From assembly GCF_021028975.2 (NCBI RefSeq), contig NC_059433.1, positions 29,202,001 through 29,266,000 on the forward strand: a DNA stretch of 64,000 bases, written 5' to 3'. The stretch comes from Sphaerodactylus townsendi (Eukaryota). The notes under the pieces are model-generated. The model saw only the letters and a list, made by a program, of their open reading frames with translations, searched no databases and was not told the DNA's origin. Positions 1 to 13,003 of the stretch are shown here, one piece after another. A program made the translations under genes and the position numbers. How positions within the stretch are numbered: position 1 is the first letter of the stretch; each line of letters opens with the position of its first letter.

Positions 1-348
1 TATGCAGCACTATCACTTAGGTTTCTCAAAAGTTTTACATTTTATTACAGCATGCTACAAATAAATCCCCAAACTGAAGCCTATAATACTTGCAAATTTA
101 TGCAAAGGCTATTCCACCAACTTTGATAATAATGCAATTACTTTCTGAATCGAGCCCATGAGCCTATTTGCATGACCACTGTATGTATTCTCCACATCTT
201 TCTTCCAAGCACAATTCCAGTAGGATCCTACTAATCGGTGATCTATAGGTGAGAAACCTATGCTGTCATAATGTCGCCAGGGCACAGAACTGAATAAACA
301 AATAAACCCTACAATGCTTACAGGTCCCATGAATTGGGTATTCTTTAC

Positions 349-456
349 CTGTAGTAATTCCTGGCAACTATCAATCCCAATATCCACAAGAATGCCTTTC
401 ACTTTCTTCCGAGCCTTCCTTATATTATCAAGATTTTGAACAGGAATTTGAAACAT
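349..456 (-). CDS. ADNP2: ADNP2 first coding exon (36 codons); rest of the gene lies left of the window
   Basis: Translates as MFQIPVQNLDNIRKARKKVKGILVDIGIDSCQELLQ, matching the ADNP2 N-terminus (MFQIPVENLDNIRKVRKKVKGILVDIG...). Acceptor TTTTCCAG (exon starts 468), donor CAG|GTAAAG after 349, 108 coding nt. Same-strand neighbour of RBFA, as at human 18q23. Confidence 0.93.
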
Positions 457-805
457 GTTGATGTTTTCCTGGAAAACAGGAGATAACAGAACCATGTAAG
501 CAGAACAGGTATACCTATTTTAAGCACACCTCCATCAGAAGGTGCTTATTCACCTTACAAATTTAGATTAACTTCACTTTTATTGGAGCACATTTTAGTA
601 AATGGGAACATTTTTAAATTAACCTCATAACTGATTTACACTTTATACAGCAGATTACATCTACCATAGATTACCATTCTGTTTAGAACATTTATAAATG
701 CACCAAAACATAATGTATGATAGCACTGTGCTACACTAAATGTGAAGCATCCAAGATTTGAGTATTTAAAACAAACAAAACTCTACCCCTACATTACTGC
801 TAAAA

Positions 806-1105
806 GAGCCAGCGTGGTGTAGTGGTTAAGAGCAGGTGGATTCTAATCTGGAGAACCGGGTTTGATTCCCCACTCCTCCACCTGAGTGGCAGAGGCCTAT
901 CTGGTGAACCAGATGTGTTTCCACACTCCTACATTCCTGCTGGGTGACCTTGGGCTAGTCACAGTTCTTTGGAACTCTCTCAGCTCTGTCACCTACCTCA
1001 CAAGGTGTCTGTTGTAGGGAGAGAAAGGGAAAGGAGTTTGTAAGCCACCTTGAGCTCCTTACAGGAGAGAAAGGTGGGATATAAATCCAAACTATTCTTC
1101 TTCTT
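806..1105 (+). mobile_element. tRNA-derived squamate SINE (Squam3-like)
   Basis: A-box TGGTGTAGTGG, B-box-like GGTTTGATTCCC, body ggtgaccttgggctagtcacag, 3' (TTC)n tail. Related copies at about 20685-20980, 26936-27190 (-), 30220-30450, 30860-31060, 32695-32880, 46907-47056 and 56278-56570. Confidence 0.8.
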
Positions 1106-2329
1106 TATCCTTCAATTCATGCATTAGCAAGGAAACTCAAATATGAAGCTGTTCAGTAAAAATGTTGTACAAGCTTATCATGTGGATCCCATCCAATCAA
1201 GAGATCACAGGTGAGACCAAGAGTAGAAGTAAAGCCCAGCTTCATTGTTTAAGCAAGGGAATCTGGTCCAAAGCACCAGGATTCCAAAGCACAAAATATA
1301 AAGCTGCCTTTTTAAAGAAAAAGTTTGCATAAATACTGTATTCTCTTCTAATTTGCTATTCGTTATACGTCAAATCATTGTTTTCTGTGATTTGTTCTTA
1401 TGCAGCCCCATACCTTTCCTCTGATAAATGTTTATACTCTGTTTTTTCCTAATTATCCTTTTACACTTTAACTTTTATCCATTAAACGTATTCTATGTGC
1501 TTGCTAGTGCAAGACGTTCATCTCAGTACCTAGCTAGATAGGTTACTCCCTAAAACTCTTGGTACAACTCTAATTTAAAAACACAAAAAGTTATCCATGA
1601 CCATTAAACAACCTCTTTGATCTATAATACCAGATACAGAAAGCTATTGTGCTTATACAAAGGAATTTCTCTTTACTACGTCCAAAACAAGCAAGTTCCT
1701 ATGAAACTTCTTCAACTGGAGACTTAAAATGAAGTCTCTTGGTTGTAATATCACATTAACAATTAGTATTCATAGAGAGTGTGTGCATGTATGTGTGCTC
1801 TTCCAGTGACATGTGTTTAATATGTGTTTTATATACTCCTATCAACAGGAAGACCCCACAAACTAATTTTTTTTTCCTGCAAGGAACTGCATCCATTTTG
1901 CTTGAAAGGAGTTATTCAAAGCCCCGTGCTTATGCTCAGAATAGTTTTATGAACCATGCTTTGCCATCTACAATAATTTCATGAAATATTTCCAAATGCA
2001 ATATGTGAATTTCAGATAAGTAACTCCTTGGGGGCTTCACAAAACAGCACAAAAGATATTTCAATAAAAAGGGAATTGCAACATCTTGGGGGGGAAAGGA
2101 ATACCTGTACTGTGTGATACCAAGTCAACTTGGGGCAAAGGTACAATACGGCAGCAATATCCGCTCTCCATCCTGTGCCCTTCACAAATGGTAAACAGAG
2201 CTTTTAAGATCCCAAAAGCTACTTGGGCGTGTGTGTGTTTCATTCACTCTGTCACTTATGCCTCTTTGGAAAACTACTATATATACCCCCAAAACATTCC
2301 ACACATATCTCCAAATTCCTTCCCAGTCA

Positions 2330-2600
2330 CAATTCTCAAGGTCATACAACAGCAGGTCGCCAAGATGCTTTATTTTAGATAGCCTCTTAGGGGTTATCTT
2401 ATTGACAACATATACCCCACTAAACATTCCCTTCTCACTGGACACAGTGTATAACACACTTCTCTCTGTGATACACCTCTGAAGATGCCAGCCACAAATG
2501 CAGGCAAAACTTTAGGAACAAAATCTACCAGCCACGGCCACACAGCCCGGAAAGCCCACAACAACCAGTTAAATCTGGCCGTGAAAGCCTTCGACAGTAC
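2330..2600 (+). mobile_element. Penelope-like element 3' end (pLTR) with decayed hammerhead core
   Basis: cctCTGAAGAtgccagccacaaatgcaggc(a)aaac...ccacacagcccggaaa; same family as 34168-34386. Confidence 0.6.
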
Positions 2601-2894
2601 TCTTAAGAGTGTGTTCTGTGGGAGCTATCCCAAGCAGGTGAACCCGTAATTAAGTCTTGTGTAATTCAATGGGGCTTACTCCTAGGAAAGGGTCCTTAGG
2701 ATTGCAGCCTATTACTACCTCTTTCTAAATTGCCAAACCACTGGGAACTGGCTCCTTCAAAATATAAATTCAAACGCCACATTATATGCTTCTCTTCTTG
2801 GTTCCTGAAATAAATATCATATCTGAATTAAAAGCAACAGAAACTAGCATGCTTTTAAAGAGGTAAGTATGGTGGTCAACTGATCATTAAGATA

Positions 2895-3415
2895 TTATGC
2901 GTTCAGCAGAGGCCAATTTGCTGGTAGTCCCCGGCCCCTCGATGATACGGCTGGCCTCCACGCGGACCAGGGCTTTTACGGCCCGGGCCCCGGCCTGGTG
3001 GAACGCTCTTCCTCCAGCTGTCCGGGCCCTGCGGGACCTCGGTGAATTCCGCAGGGCCTGTAAGACTGAGTTGTTCCACCGGCCTTTGGAGTAACCAGCC
3101 GTTGATGGTGCCCCCCTTCTGTTCTCGTCTCTGCCTAAATTTTACACCTTACTGACGGAGCTAGCGGTCTTCCCGCGGGGGAGGGTTTTTAACAGTGGGT
3201 TTGCGGGGTGCCTTTAAATTTCTGAAACTTGACATTTGAATTTGATTTTAACCGCTGTTTTTAAAAAGGGATTAGTAATTTATTGTATAGATGTTTCATT
3301 GTTTAATCTTGTTTGTGTTTAGATGTATTAGGATTTGACTTTGTTGTACACCGCCCAGAGCCCTTCGGGGATAGGGCGGTATATAAGATTAAACAATAAA
3401 TAAATAAATAAATAT
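2895..3415 (+). mobile_element. L2 LINE 3' end
   Basis: ORF remnant RAFTARAPAWWNALP...FRRACKTELF resembles the L2 C-terminus; ends ccgcccagagcccttcgggg...(TAAA)n. Confidence 0.75.
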
Positions 3416-3514
3416 TATCAACCACCTGGCCAATCATGAGCAAATATTCGATGAAGTCGAGGACACCACTGTATAGATTGTGGCTCTTTAACTGCATCTC
3501 AGTATCATCTAACA

Positions 3515-3652
3515 CATGGGTCTTCAAACTATGGCCCTCCAGACGTTCATAGACTACAATTCCCATGAGCCCTACCACCTGGCCCTGCTGACAGGGGCTG
3601 ATGGGAATTGTAGTCCATGAACATCTGGAGGGCCATAGTTTGAAGACTCCTG
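3515..3652. mobile_element. Palindromic hAT-type MITE
   Basis: Long inverted arms (tcttcaaactatggccctccaga / tctggagggccatagtttgaaga); 8-bp TSD ATCTAACA on both sides. Confidence 0.85.
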
Positions 3653-4343
3653 ATCTAACAGTAAAGCAGGATTGCTGAGTTAAGTGAGAAGATGCCCTTT
3701 CAAGTGTTTATTGTCCCATATAAAATACAAGAGTGGCGGAAAGGGGGTGGGGCATATCTGTCAATAAAATCGGCTTGCAGTAGAAATCTGTGGCTGCAGA
3801 CATTCTTCTCAAATGAAAAAAAATGAAACTAATCTGCATTCCTTTTTTAATTTTTAAAGTTTTATTAAATATCACAGAAATTAAAATCATTAACGACAAA
3901 AATTTCAATATGATATTACATTTCCTACAAAGTTAGGAAATATGTCTTATATGTATATCATATAATAATATCTTATAATAATATCTTCGTTCTTGTTATA
4001 TCAATTTATTTCAAAATTTAAGTATATTTAATAATTAACTTCACCTATACTCTTTCTATGTATACTGAAGGCAAAAAATAAAAAGAAATTAAACAGATAC
4101 ACGGTTTAAGTACATCAAAAAGAAATTGGGGTATAAATTCAGTAAACATTGCTAATTATAAACAAAAATAAGAAAGTATATAATTATCCACCCATACAGC
4201 TTAGAACATAAAAATTTCAATATTCAATTGAGGAAACAGAACATCTCTTCTCCAGACCATTGATGGCCCTGTTTATGAACTACCGTAGTCCAGCACTAAA
4301 ATAAAAACCATTAGCCTTTAAGATGCTACAACAGCCATGTTAA

Positions 4344-5317
4344 TCTATATATATAAAAATCTAACAGTGTGTTTGTCCCTGATGGTCTCCCTCAGAAGCT
4401 GCTGGACAGATTGCCCCCAAATTTTCACAGGACGTCCCTCCCTGTTGCGGACAGGTAATTGGACCTTCAAATCGCCGAAAGTCCATACCTGAGCCAGGTA
4501 AAACATCTTTTTCCTGGCGCACCAGGCCATGAAGCTGGCTGTGTTCAACTGTCACCCTTAGAATGTTCATGCAGCCTGTCTGTCTGAGGCCTGAGGGATT
4601 GGTATGAGGGCTTAGAATGTTCACGCAGATGGGCAGAGATGAGCAGTGAAAACAGTAAATAGGTAATACTGTTAGGTAATATGCGTGGAAGTGAAACACA
4701 TACACACTTTGCCGTGTGAGACGTCAGGTGGGGTTCCCCCCCCCCACACGCAGGTAACTGTCACTCTCTGTGCCTCACCCATTGCTACCACACAATACAC
4801 ATCCAGCTCATCCTCACACACCTCACTCTGCCCTCCCTCACATCCAACCACCACTTACCCACTTCCTCACCCATATTTGCCACAGCTCTCTTTTACTAAA
4901 AGCAAGCTGGAGTTTGCCTTTTTCTCCTAAGAAAATCTGTGGGGTGGGGGCGAACCAACACTACCGGCTCTGCTTCTTTTGCACGTGGCCCTTTAAGAAC
5001 CCAGGGAGTTGGCCTCGATCTGAGATCCTCACCACCCTGCCTCTGCTGCCTGACTGGGATAGCCTGCTTGCCCCAGTTCTGCCTTACCCAAGCCAGGACT
5101 GTGCATGTCAACCAGCCTCATGGACAGCGGGATTCATATTCTGGACAGTTCCATTGTGGAATGGGAAGGGTTACCTTATACTAAAAAAACAAGACAGCAC
5201 CATATAACGATGTGCATTGAAAAGAGAGAGATTCCATTTCTGCATGGGCATCTGTGTGGATTGCGGACTGGGATGAGAAGGACAATTGCCACAGCAACGC
5301 GTGGCCGGGCTTGCTAG
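4344..5317 (+). mobile_element. Non-autonomous Helitron, copy 1
   Basis: A|TCTATATATATAAAA 5' end; subterminal hairpin GCCACagcaacgcGTGGC; CTAG|T 3' end; no TSD. Confidence 0.8.
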
Positions 5318-5662
5318 TTTTATTTAAAAATCTCATTCACCTCCAATCTATATAACCTGTATTCAATAAATTTAACCAAATTCCATGTTCCCTGAAAATG
5401 ATATTGGTAATCCTTTATTCCTGCCACCACATCATTTAAAAGTAAATAAAGAAAAAGTTCATTCTAGGCTTCTCATGTTTCTATCTATTGATAGAGGGGC
5501 TACGTTGATAGAGGGGGCAAAGTCAGACTTTCCCTGGGGTGTAAAAACCCTTGAGCTGGCTCTCGATACAGCATTTATTTAATAAACTAAAAAAGGCTGA
5601 AACACAACCATACAGGATAAAAGAAGGTAACAATATACAAGATCAAGGACTACATGGCATTA

Positions 5663-6575
5663 TCTATATATATATAAAATGCTAACAGTGTTTTTGTTGA
5701 TAACAGTATAACTCAGTAACTGCTGGGCCAATTCCTCTGAAAATTCCCAGCCACTATAGTCAGCCAGGTGAGAGTGTTTTTAGATGTTCACATACCTGAA
5801 ATTTCACACCTGGCCCAGGTAAAACACCTTTTTCCTGGCGCTCCATGGTGAAGGACATGCAGCTGCCTGTGTGTAACTGTCACCCTTAGAATGTTAGTGC
5901 TGCTTAGAATGTTCGCTCAGATGGCCAGATATGAGCAGTGGAAACAGTACATAGGCAGTAACTCGCGTGGAAGTGAAACACACACGCACACATACACACG
6001 AGGGAGGGAGAGGGAGGGGTGGCATGCAAGGGAGGGGAGGCAGGGGGCCCAGCATCTTGATATAATCCACTCCCCCTAGCGGAGGGAAAGGGAAGGGAGG
6101 GAGGGAGAGGGGTGGCATGCAAGGGAAGAGAAGTGAGGGAGGGAAGAGAGTGAGGGGCGACATGCAAGGGATGGGAGGGAGAGGCCAGGCACCCTAGATT
6201 CTCTGAATACTGCGGTTACAGTTAAGAAAACCAGGCACGCGTTACTCAGGAGTAAGCTCAGTACAGCAACTGTGACATACTTTGAATGGCTGCGTCGCGA
6301 CCCTCAGAGGGTTTCCTCAGAAGCGGCACCCATTGCCACCAACCAAACTTACTCCCAGGTAAAGGATCATGACCAGCCAGCCTAGATGTGTGAGAGGGGT
6401 GCCTTTCCATCCCCCCCCCCAGGAATGCGGACACACACATCACTGACATCGCACAGTATCAGGCTGCGTGTTTGCATGAGCACGTACTGCTGGCCTCTGC
6501 AATTGATTTGCTGCTACTGTTCCTTTCCCATTTCCCCACAATAAGCCACAGAAATGTGTGGCCGGGCCACACTAG
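5663..6575 (+). mobile_element. Non-autonomous Helitron, copy 2
   Basis: A|TCTATATATATATAAAA start; GCCACAgaaatgTGTGGC hairpin; CTAG end; shares a ~200-bp internal block with copy 1. Confidence 0.8.
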
Positions 6576-7291
6576 TCTTTATATATAAAAATCTATCCGT
6601 GCGTTTTCCTGCTGACAGGTAATCTCCCAAATACTGGACCGATTGCTTTGAAATTTTCACACAACGTCGTAATCGCGTGCGGCCAGGTTTCCATACTGTT
6701 TCCACACCTCCTGTTGTGTACATGTCACAACTGTGCCAGTTATTGTGTACATGCTACACCTGTGACAGTTGGAACCACAGTTCTGTTCCGCAACAGCGCC
6801 ATCTGCTGGCCGTCAAAGCAACACCCTCTGATACAAGGGAAACAACCATGCCTTCCTTGAAAACACTGCCATCTGGAGTGAAAGGGATGGAGCGGGCCAT
6901 CTGCACATGGCTCACCCACCCTAGCGGAGGAAGGGGAAGGTGAGGGAGGGTCCGGGGGTTTGCTGGACCAAACGCTCTGAGATTTGAACACAACGTAGCT
7001 CATGCCTCCCAGCGTGTTTTAAGCTAGATAATTCGCCTGAAAGGGAAGGGAGTGAAAGGGACAGCCAGCTGCACATGGCCCACCCACCCTAGCAGAGGAA
7101 GGGGAACATTAGGGAGGGCCAGGCCAGGTTGCCATGCAAGGGAACAGGAGAGAGGGAGGGGAGCGAGGGGCCCCTTGCCCCTCCCTTGCAATCAATGTGC
7201 AATGACACATGTTCGAACCGTTTGCTTCCCCTTTTCTTTCTTTTCCACTTCACCAGACTCAGCCACAGCAACGCGTGGCCGGGCCCGCTAG
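6576..7291 (+). mobile_element. Non-autonomous Helitron, copy 3, head-to-tail with copy 2
   Basis: Starts TCTTTATATATAAAAA directly after the CTAG of copy 2; ends GCCACAGCAACGCGTGGCcgggcccgCTAG|T. Confidence 0.8.
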
Positions 7292-7929
7292 TTATCATTA
7301 ATAATGATGCTAATAATGATTCTTTCTAAAATCTGTGGACCCTGCCGTTCCCCCTCCCTCTTCTTTCCTCCCCCCTCTTTTCTTAGGGGACTACGAGTAG
7401 GACGCCATCGGTAATTTTGATAGATGATGCATTTTAATGGGGGTCGATTTTAACATATAGAGCCATATTTAATAACTATTTAAAAATTTGATTTTATTTG
7501 TGCTCTATCTATTTGTTTGTTCGCCACCCTGAGCCCTTCGGGGGAGGGCGGTTTATAAATATAATAAATAATAATAATTATGATGATGATGATGATGATA
7601 AATAGGCCTCTGGGTGAGGCTCAAATTGTAATGAAAGGCCAACAACCAGCTAAAGAACTGGCAGCTGTGATATCAAACATGTTAATGCTAATAATAATAA
7701 TAATAATAATAATTCTATTTGATATCCTGTTCTCTCCACCAGGCGGGCTCAGAGCCACTAACAACCTATATAAAAACAATTTTAAAACAATAAATACAAT
7801 ATATAAAGTTTTAAAACAATGTAAACAATTTAAAAACTATTCAAGATGGTGCATTGAGGGTGGAACAATACTTTGGATCCTCACTTCAGATTCCAGTAAT
7901 GGAAAAGGGGGAAAGGGAGGGAGGCCAGG

Positions 7930-10430
7930 CACAATGGACAATGAACTCCCATAGCTGTCCTCTACTATAGGCCTGGTGAAATAGCTCCGTCTTGCAGGCC
8001 CTGCTGAATTGTGACATGTCCGCAGGGGCCTTGTCTTATTTGACACAGAATTCCACTAGGCTGGGGCCAGAGCCAAGAAAGTCATGGTCCTAGTTGAGGA
8101 CAACCGGACACTTTTTGGGGCAGGGACCTCCAACAGATTGTTATTAGCAGAATATAGTGCTCTCCGGGGGGTATATTGAACAAGGTGGTCTCACAAGTAT
8201 GGTGGTCCCATACTGTTAAGGGTTTCAAATGTCAAGACTAAAACAGATCCAGTACTCCACCTGAAGCCAATGCAGCTCACAGAGCAGCGTTCTAATATGT
8301 GCTCTTTACAGCATCCCAGTGAAAACTCGTGCAGCCGCATTTTGGACCAGCTGGAGTTTCCAGATCAGAGCCCGGGGCTGCCCTGTGTATAGAACGTTAC
8401 AGTTAACAACCCAGGAGGTGACCGTTCACAGATGACCGGACCACAGTGGCAAGGTCAGCATGGAACAGAAACAGCACCAGCTGCCTGTCTTGGCAAAAGT
8501 GGAAGAATGCCAGTCAGGCTACGTTTGTGGCCTGGGCACGCCATAGAAAGGGAAGAGTCCAGAGTCACACCCAGACTCATGATTGATGGATTAGGTGTCA
8601 ACTGCATAGCATCAAGTGTTGGAAGCTGGAACGTAATCTCCGTCCCACCCCAACCACAAGACTTCCATCTTCAAGGGATTTAACTTCAGTTGACTCTGCT
8701 TCATCCATCCTACCAGGGCATCCAACAACTGGTCAAATTGTCCGGAACGACAGTTGGTCGGCCACTTATCAGCAGGTACAACTGGATGTCATCAGCATAT
8801 TGATGATAACCCAGGCCGAAACAGCTGGACTAGAGGGTTAAATAGCATTGGGGAAAGGACTGCTCCTTGGGGAACCCCACACACCATTGGATGTAGTGAG
8901 GAAATTCTCTCTCCCAGTGCTACCCTCTGTCCACGACCCTGAAGAAAGGAGACCAGTCATTCTAAGGCTGTTCCCTTTTACTGGCACCAGCAAGGCCGTG
9001 TACCAATAGGTCATAGTTGGCCAGGTCAAATGCTGCCAGCAGATCATGAAGAATCAGAACCTACCCATCTTGATCCAACGGTCTCCTAAGGTCATCTGTT
9101 AAACCAACCAACACTGTCCCTGTCCCATGACAAGGTCAGAAGAGATTGAAATGGATCCAAGGCTGATGAATTATCTAGGAACACCTGGAGCTACTCTACT
9201 GCTGTTCTCTCAACCACCTTACCCAGAGACGACAAGTGCAAAACTTGGAAGTAATTGACTACATCCAAAGATCCTTGTGATGGTTTCTTCCACATTGGAT
9301 GTACTACTGCCTCCTCCCACCCCACTGGAAAGATGCCTGTACTCAGGGACAGATTTATAATATCTCTCAGGGAAGCTCACAAGTCTCCACTACTGGCTTT
9401 TGCCAGTCATGACAGACACGCATCCAGAGGGCAGGCTTTACAACTGCCAGTATCCTATCCACATCAGTTGGGGAGAGGCAACTGAAGTGGTCCAAAATTG
9501 AACCAGAAGATGGCCAAGGGACGATCAGTTCTTGAACTATATCAATACTGGCCTGGAGGTCACAGCGGAGTAACAAGATTTCATCTGCAAAAAACCTCAC
9601 TAATGCCTCACAGCTAATGGCTGAATTTCTATCATTTGAGGATTCCGCATGGAGGGTTGTTAATTGAGCCGGGCGTGAGCTTGCAGACGCAATGGATGCT
9701 ACATAGAAAGTGTTCTTTGTGACCTTTGCTGCCATCTCACTGGCTTTCATAAAGATATTCTTGTAGCTCTGTCATAAGACTTCCGCCAAATTCCCTCTAG
9801 TCGTTTCAGGTCTCATTTCTTCCTCCTCACTTCCAAGGTATACCAGGGAGCCAATTTGGAATGTGGGAAGAGGAAGTCAGGGTGTGATTTGATCGATGGC
9901 TTCAGAAGGCACTGGATCCTGCAGAGCATTCTGAAAACCAACAGGTTCTATGAGGCTCCACGGGAGAGCACAAACTCAGTCTCTTCTTATACAGGGAGGG
10001 CTTGAGATACATAGGTGGACCTCCAGGGCATAATGGTCTGACCATGATGCTTCTCAATTTGTACTGGGCCAATAACAATCCCCATCGCAAAGATCAAATC
10101 CAGGGTGTGGCCTGCTTCAACCTGTGAGAGCCCTGGTGTCACCATGGGGGACACAAGGTCCATAGTCCGAGGAGACAGGAGAATCCACGTGGGGACTGAA
10201 AGCATCCAGAACTATTAACCTGGGAAACTGCAATATCCACTCGGCCACTGCTTCCAGCAGGTTCGGCACGATACTGGCTGGTGAATCAGGTGCAGTACAC
10301 CAGCCAGATAGCCAGTCTCATCGGCATCCCACACTAGGCCAACACACTTGATGTCTGGGATCTTTGGGACTGGGAGTACCCTGAAGGAGAAAACGCAGAA
10401 GACCTGCCAGCAATGTGCCCGGGTGTCATC
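7930..10430 (-). mobile_element. Decayed L2 LINE (endonuclease and RT remnants)
   Basis: Minus-strand fragments such as AGHTLDLIF, ASIASASSRPAQL, FFADEILLLR, LDPFQS-like and GVPQGA-like motifs; many frameshifts and stops. Confidence 0.75.
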
Positions 10431-11189
10431 ACTTATCACTTGTTGTAAGAAAAGCATTTGCTCAATGAATGCATTAAAACACATTTTTTAATTGGCTGCC
10501 ATTCTCCTCTCTTCCTGAAAGCCAAAAGTGCAACTTGATACCATCTCCACCCAGCATTGCACTATCTATTCCAATATGCTGGGAATTCTACACAGAATCC
10601 AGACAAGCAGACTTATGGAACCTGAAACATTTTTTTACATCCCTTTTTCAAAAACCCAGTTCTTTGAAAGCTTGCACGCTGTTTTGTACTATTTGGGTGA
10701 GTACTGATAAAAGGTATTACATGCATACATATGAGCAGACATAGAGCCAGATGGCGGATTACCTGGGAGGAATGGGGAAACCTACGGTTCTGAAATCCAA
10801 GACCTGTGGTATTTGGACCAAGTAAAAACAGCAATGCATTGCATTATAATGTAGTTATAACCATGCTGACTCTTCCAAAAGATATCTTGAAGACTCTTGG
10901 CAAGAACTAACAGACTGCATATATGATAGCATTGGTTTCATTAAACAGAATTTAATTTAAGAGTATTGAGAACCAGAATGTGGCACACAACAGAAATCAG
11001 ACCCTTAAAAAACATGAGTTTTGACAATGAAAATCTGGAAGTTGCACTAGGTAAGCAACGCTCACCAATACCTCAGAGCTATGGCTAGGCTACCTTGGGG
11101 GGGGGGGGGGGCAACCAGTTCTCCTTTCCCCGTCAAAAATAAAATAAAGGGGCCCCTGTGCTATGTTAACAACGAACTGACAAAAAATT

Positions 11190-12310
11190 GTGACATTTTC
11201 CGCCCAGGTGTCCCGAGACTTCAGACATGAAAAGCAGCCGGCCCGCGCCTTGCGCCCGTGCACATGTGGAGGAGGAATGGCGAGTGCTCCGTGAGCGGGA
11301 AAAATAACCCTGCAAATGCCTCCGCGGCATCCCAACCCCAGCCGCCAGGTGAGCAACACGGGCCTCCGGCACCCGCACGAATGCAGCCGCGCCCGGGTCT
11401 GCCCGATGCCAGCGTCCACCGAGGACAAAGCCTGTCCTCGACGTCTGCGAGATGGGCGACTCTGCGCTGCCACCGCGGCTTGCACGGCGGCCAGGTGTGT
11501 GGGGGAGATGCTCCGGCGAGGACAGCTGGCTGGGCTGGACCAGAGGTGGGAAAGGCTTCCCTGGAGCGCAGACGGTTGCACCTACCTGTCCGGCCTGCAG
11601 GGGGAGTGCGCCGCCTGCCCGCGGCTTCTTCGCTCGCGCCTCCCTGCGGCGCGCGGGCGCGTTGCAGCCTCCTCTCCCCTCTCCGCCCCTTCCCTCTGCC
11701 GCTTGGTCCGTCGGCCGGTCAATCACGCCGCAGGAGCCCCGCCTGCCACTCTGGAGCTGGAGCCCGCGCTCACTGAGCCAGCTGCACCGGCGCCGGCACC
11801 AGCATCCCTGCCCGCTGGCCCTGCACGACCGGACTCCTCTTCCCCTCAGGACTGGCGCTTCAGCCCTGCTCCTCTTCACCCACCTACCCACCCACCTCCG
11901 CCTGCTCCTCCCTCCTCCGAGAGCCAGAAAGAGAAAATGGCGCTCGATTTGTCCCAGGAAATGACGTTCCCTCTCATTTGCATATCAGGCTGTTAACCAA
12001 TCAGGAGACGCTTGATCCACTGCTGTCATTGGTTCCCTCCATCAGCACCAACTCTCCAGGAAGGATGTAGTGAAGACTGTAGCTCCTTGGATGCGGTCTA
12101 GGAGTTGCTAAGAGTTTCCTTCTGCTGCCCAGTTGCTCACCTGTTACCTCCAGTAGTCTTCTCTTCCTTTGGCATCTCTTCCACAAACTCAAGTAAAAAC
12201 TCCCGCGTGATTTTGTGTCATGACGTCACCGCCGGGGGTGTGGTCACTATGACGTCATTGTCATGTGATGCAACCACGTGGTCATGCAGTAGTTCTGTCC
12301 TCATTTGCAT
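11190..12310 (-). promoter_or_regulatory. ADNP2: ADNP2 CpG-island promoter and non-coding exon 1
   Basis: GC/CpG-dense 11190-12000; minus-strand donor GACAG|GTAGGT after 11586; YY1-type CGCCATTTT at 11934-11942; octamers at 11976 and 12303; CCAAT at 11997; CRE TGACGTCA at 12221 and 12250; E-box at 12275. Confidence 0.7.
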
Positions 12311-12816
12311 AGAATGTTGTGGAAGCTTTGCATCAGTATGTTTCTCAAATCACCCCTTACATCCAACAACCAATGAAATTCAGCCATGTCAAGAAGCTGT
12401 GTTTTCCATTGGAGAAAGAAACCACCAAATCCTTTCAGGGTATAAATGTGTTTCACAAGGTTCACTCTTTGCAGTAGCTCATACACCTTACCATAGGAAA
12501 AGGATGGTCTTCTTCATGCATCCTTCCTGAAAGAAATCAACCCAAGGAGCAGTTCAATAGAAACTTTAATATGTCCTCCAAGACATCATCTAAATTATCT
12601 TCCTCATCATCAAAGTAGCAACCCTATTATAAGTTCAAGTCAATGTTGTTTACAGGTTGTTGGAAATCATCTAAAAATGTTGATGAGAATTCTTCAACAA
12701 ACAGAAGCCTAATCCAATAATTTTGTAAAACAGCAGCTAGAGTACTATACCATCTTACATCATCTTTTTAAACCATTTCAGCAAGGTAAAGAACTGTTAT
12801 TCAACAGCTGTACACC

Positions 12817-13003
12817 CAGTGGTGGGATCCAAAAATTTTAATAACAGGTTCCGATTATGGTGGGATTCAAACAGTGGCGGCGGCGCACGCACGCACACAC
12901 CTATTGGGCAGGGAGGTTGCTTCAGTAACCACTTCTCGGCACTCAGAAAAAATTAGTAACCACTTCTAGAGAAGTGGTGAGAACTGGTTGGATCCCACCT
13001 CTG
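12817..13003. mobile_element. hAT-type MITE
   Basis: TIRs CAGTGGTGGGATCCAA / TTGGATCCCACCTCTG; 8-bp TSD TGTACACC. Confidence 0.85.

Noticed and set aside
806-875. tRNA-like A/B boxes
   Set aside because: This is a SINE head followed by a SINE body and tail, repeated many times in the window; it is not a tRNA gene.
11090-11996. Several overlapping 160-240 aa ORFs on both strands
   Set aside because: They are Pro/Arg/Ala-rich frames expected in a CpG island. ADNP2 coding starts at 456.
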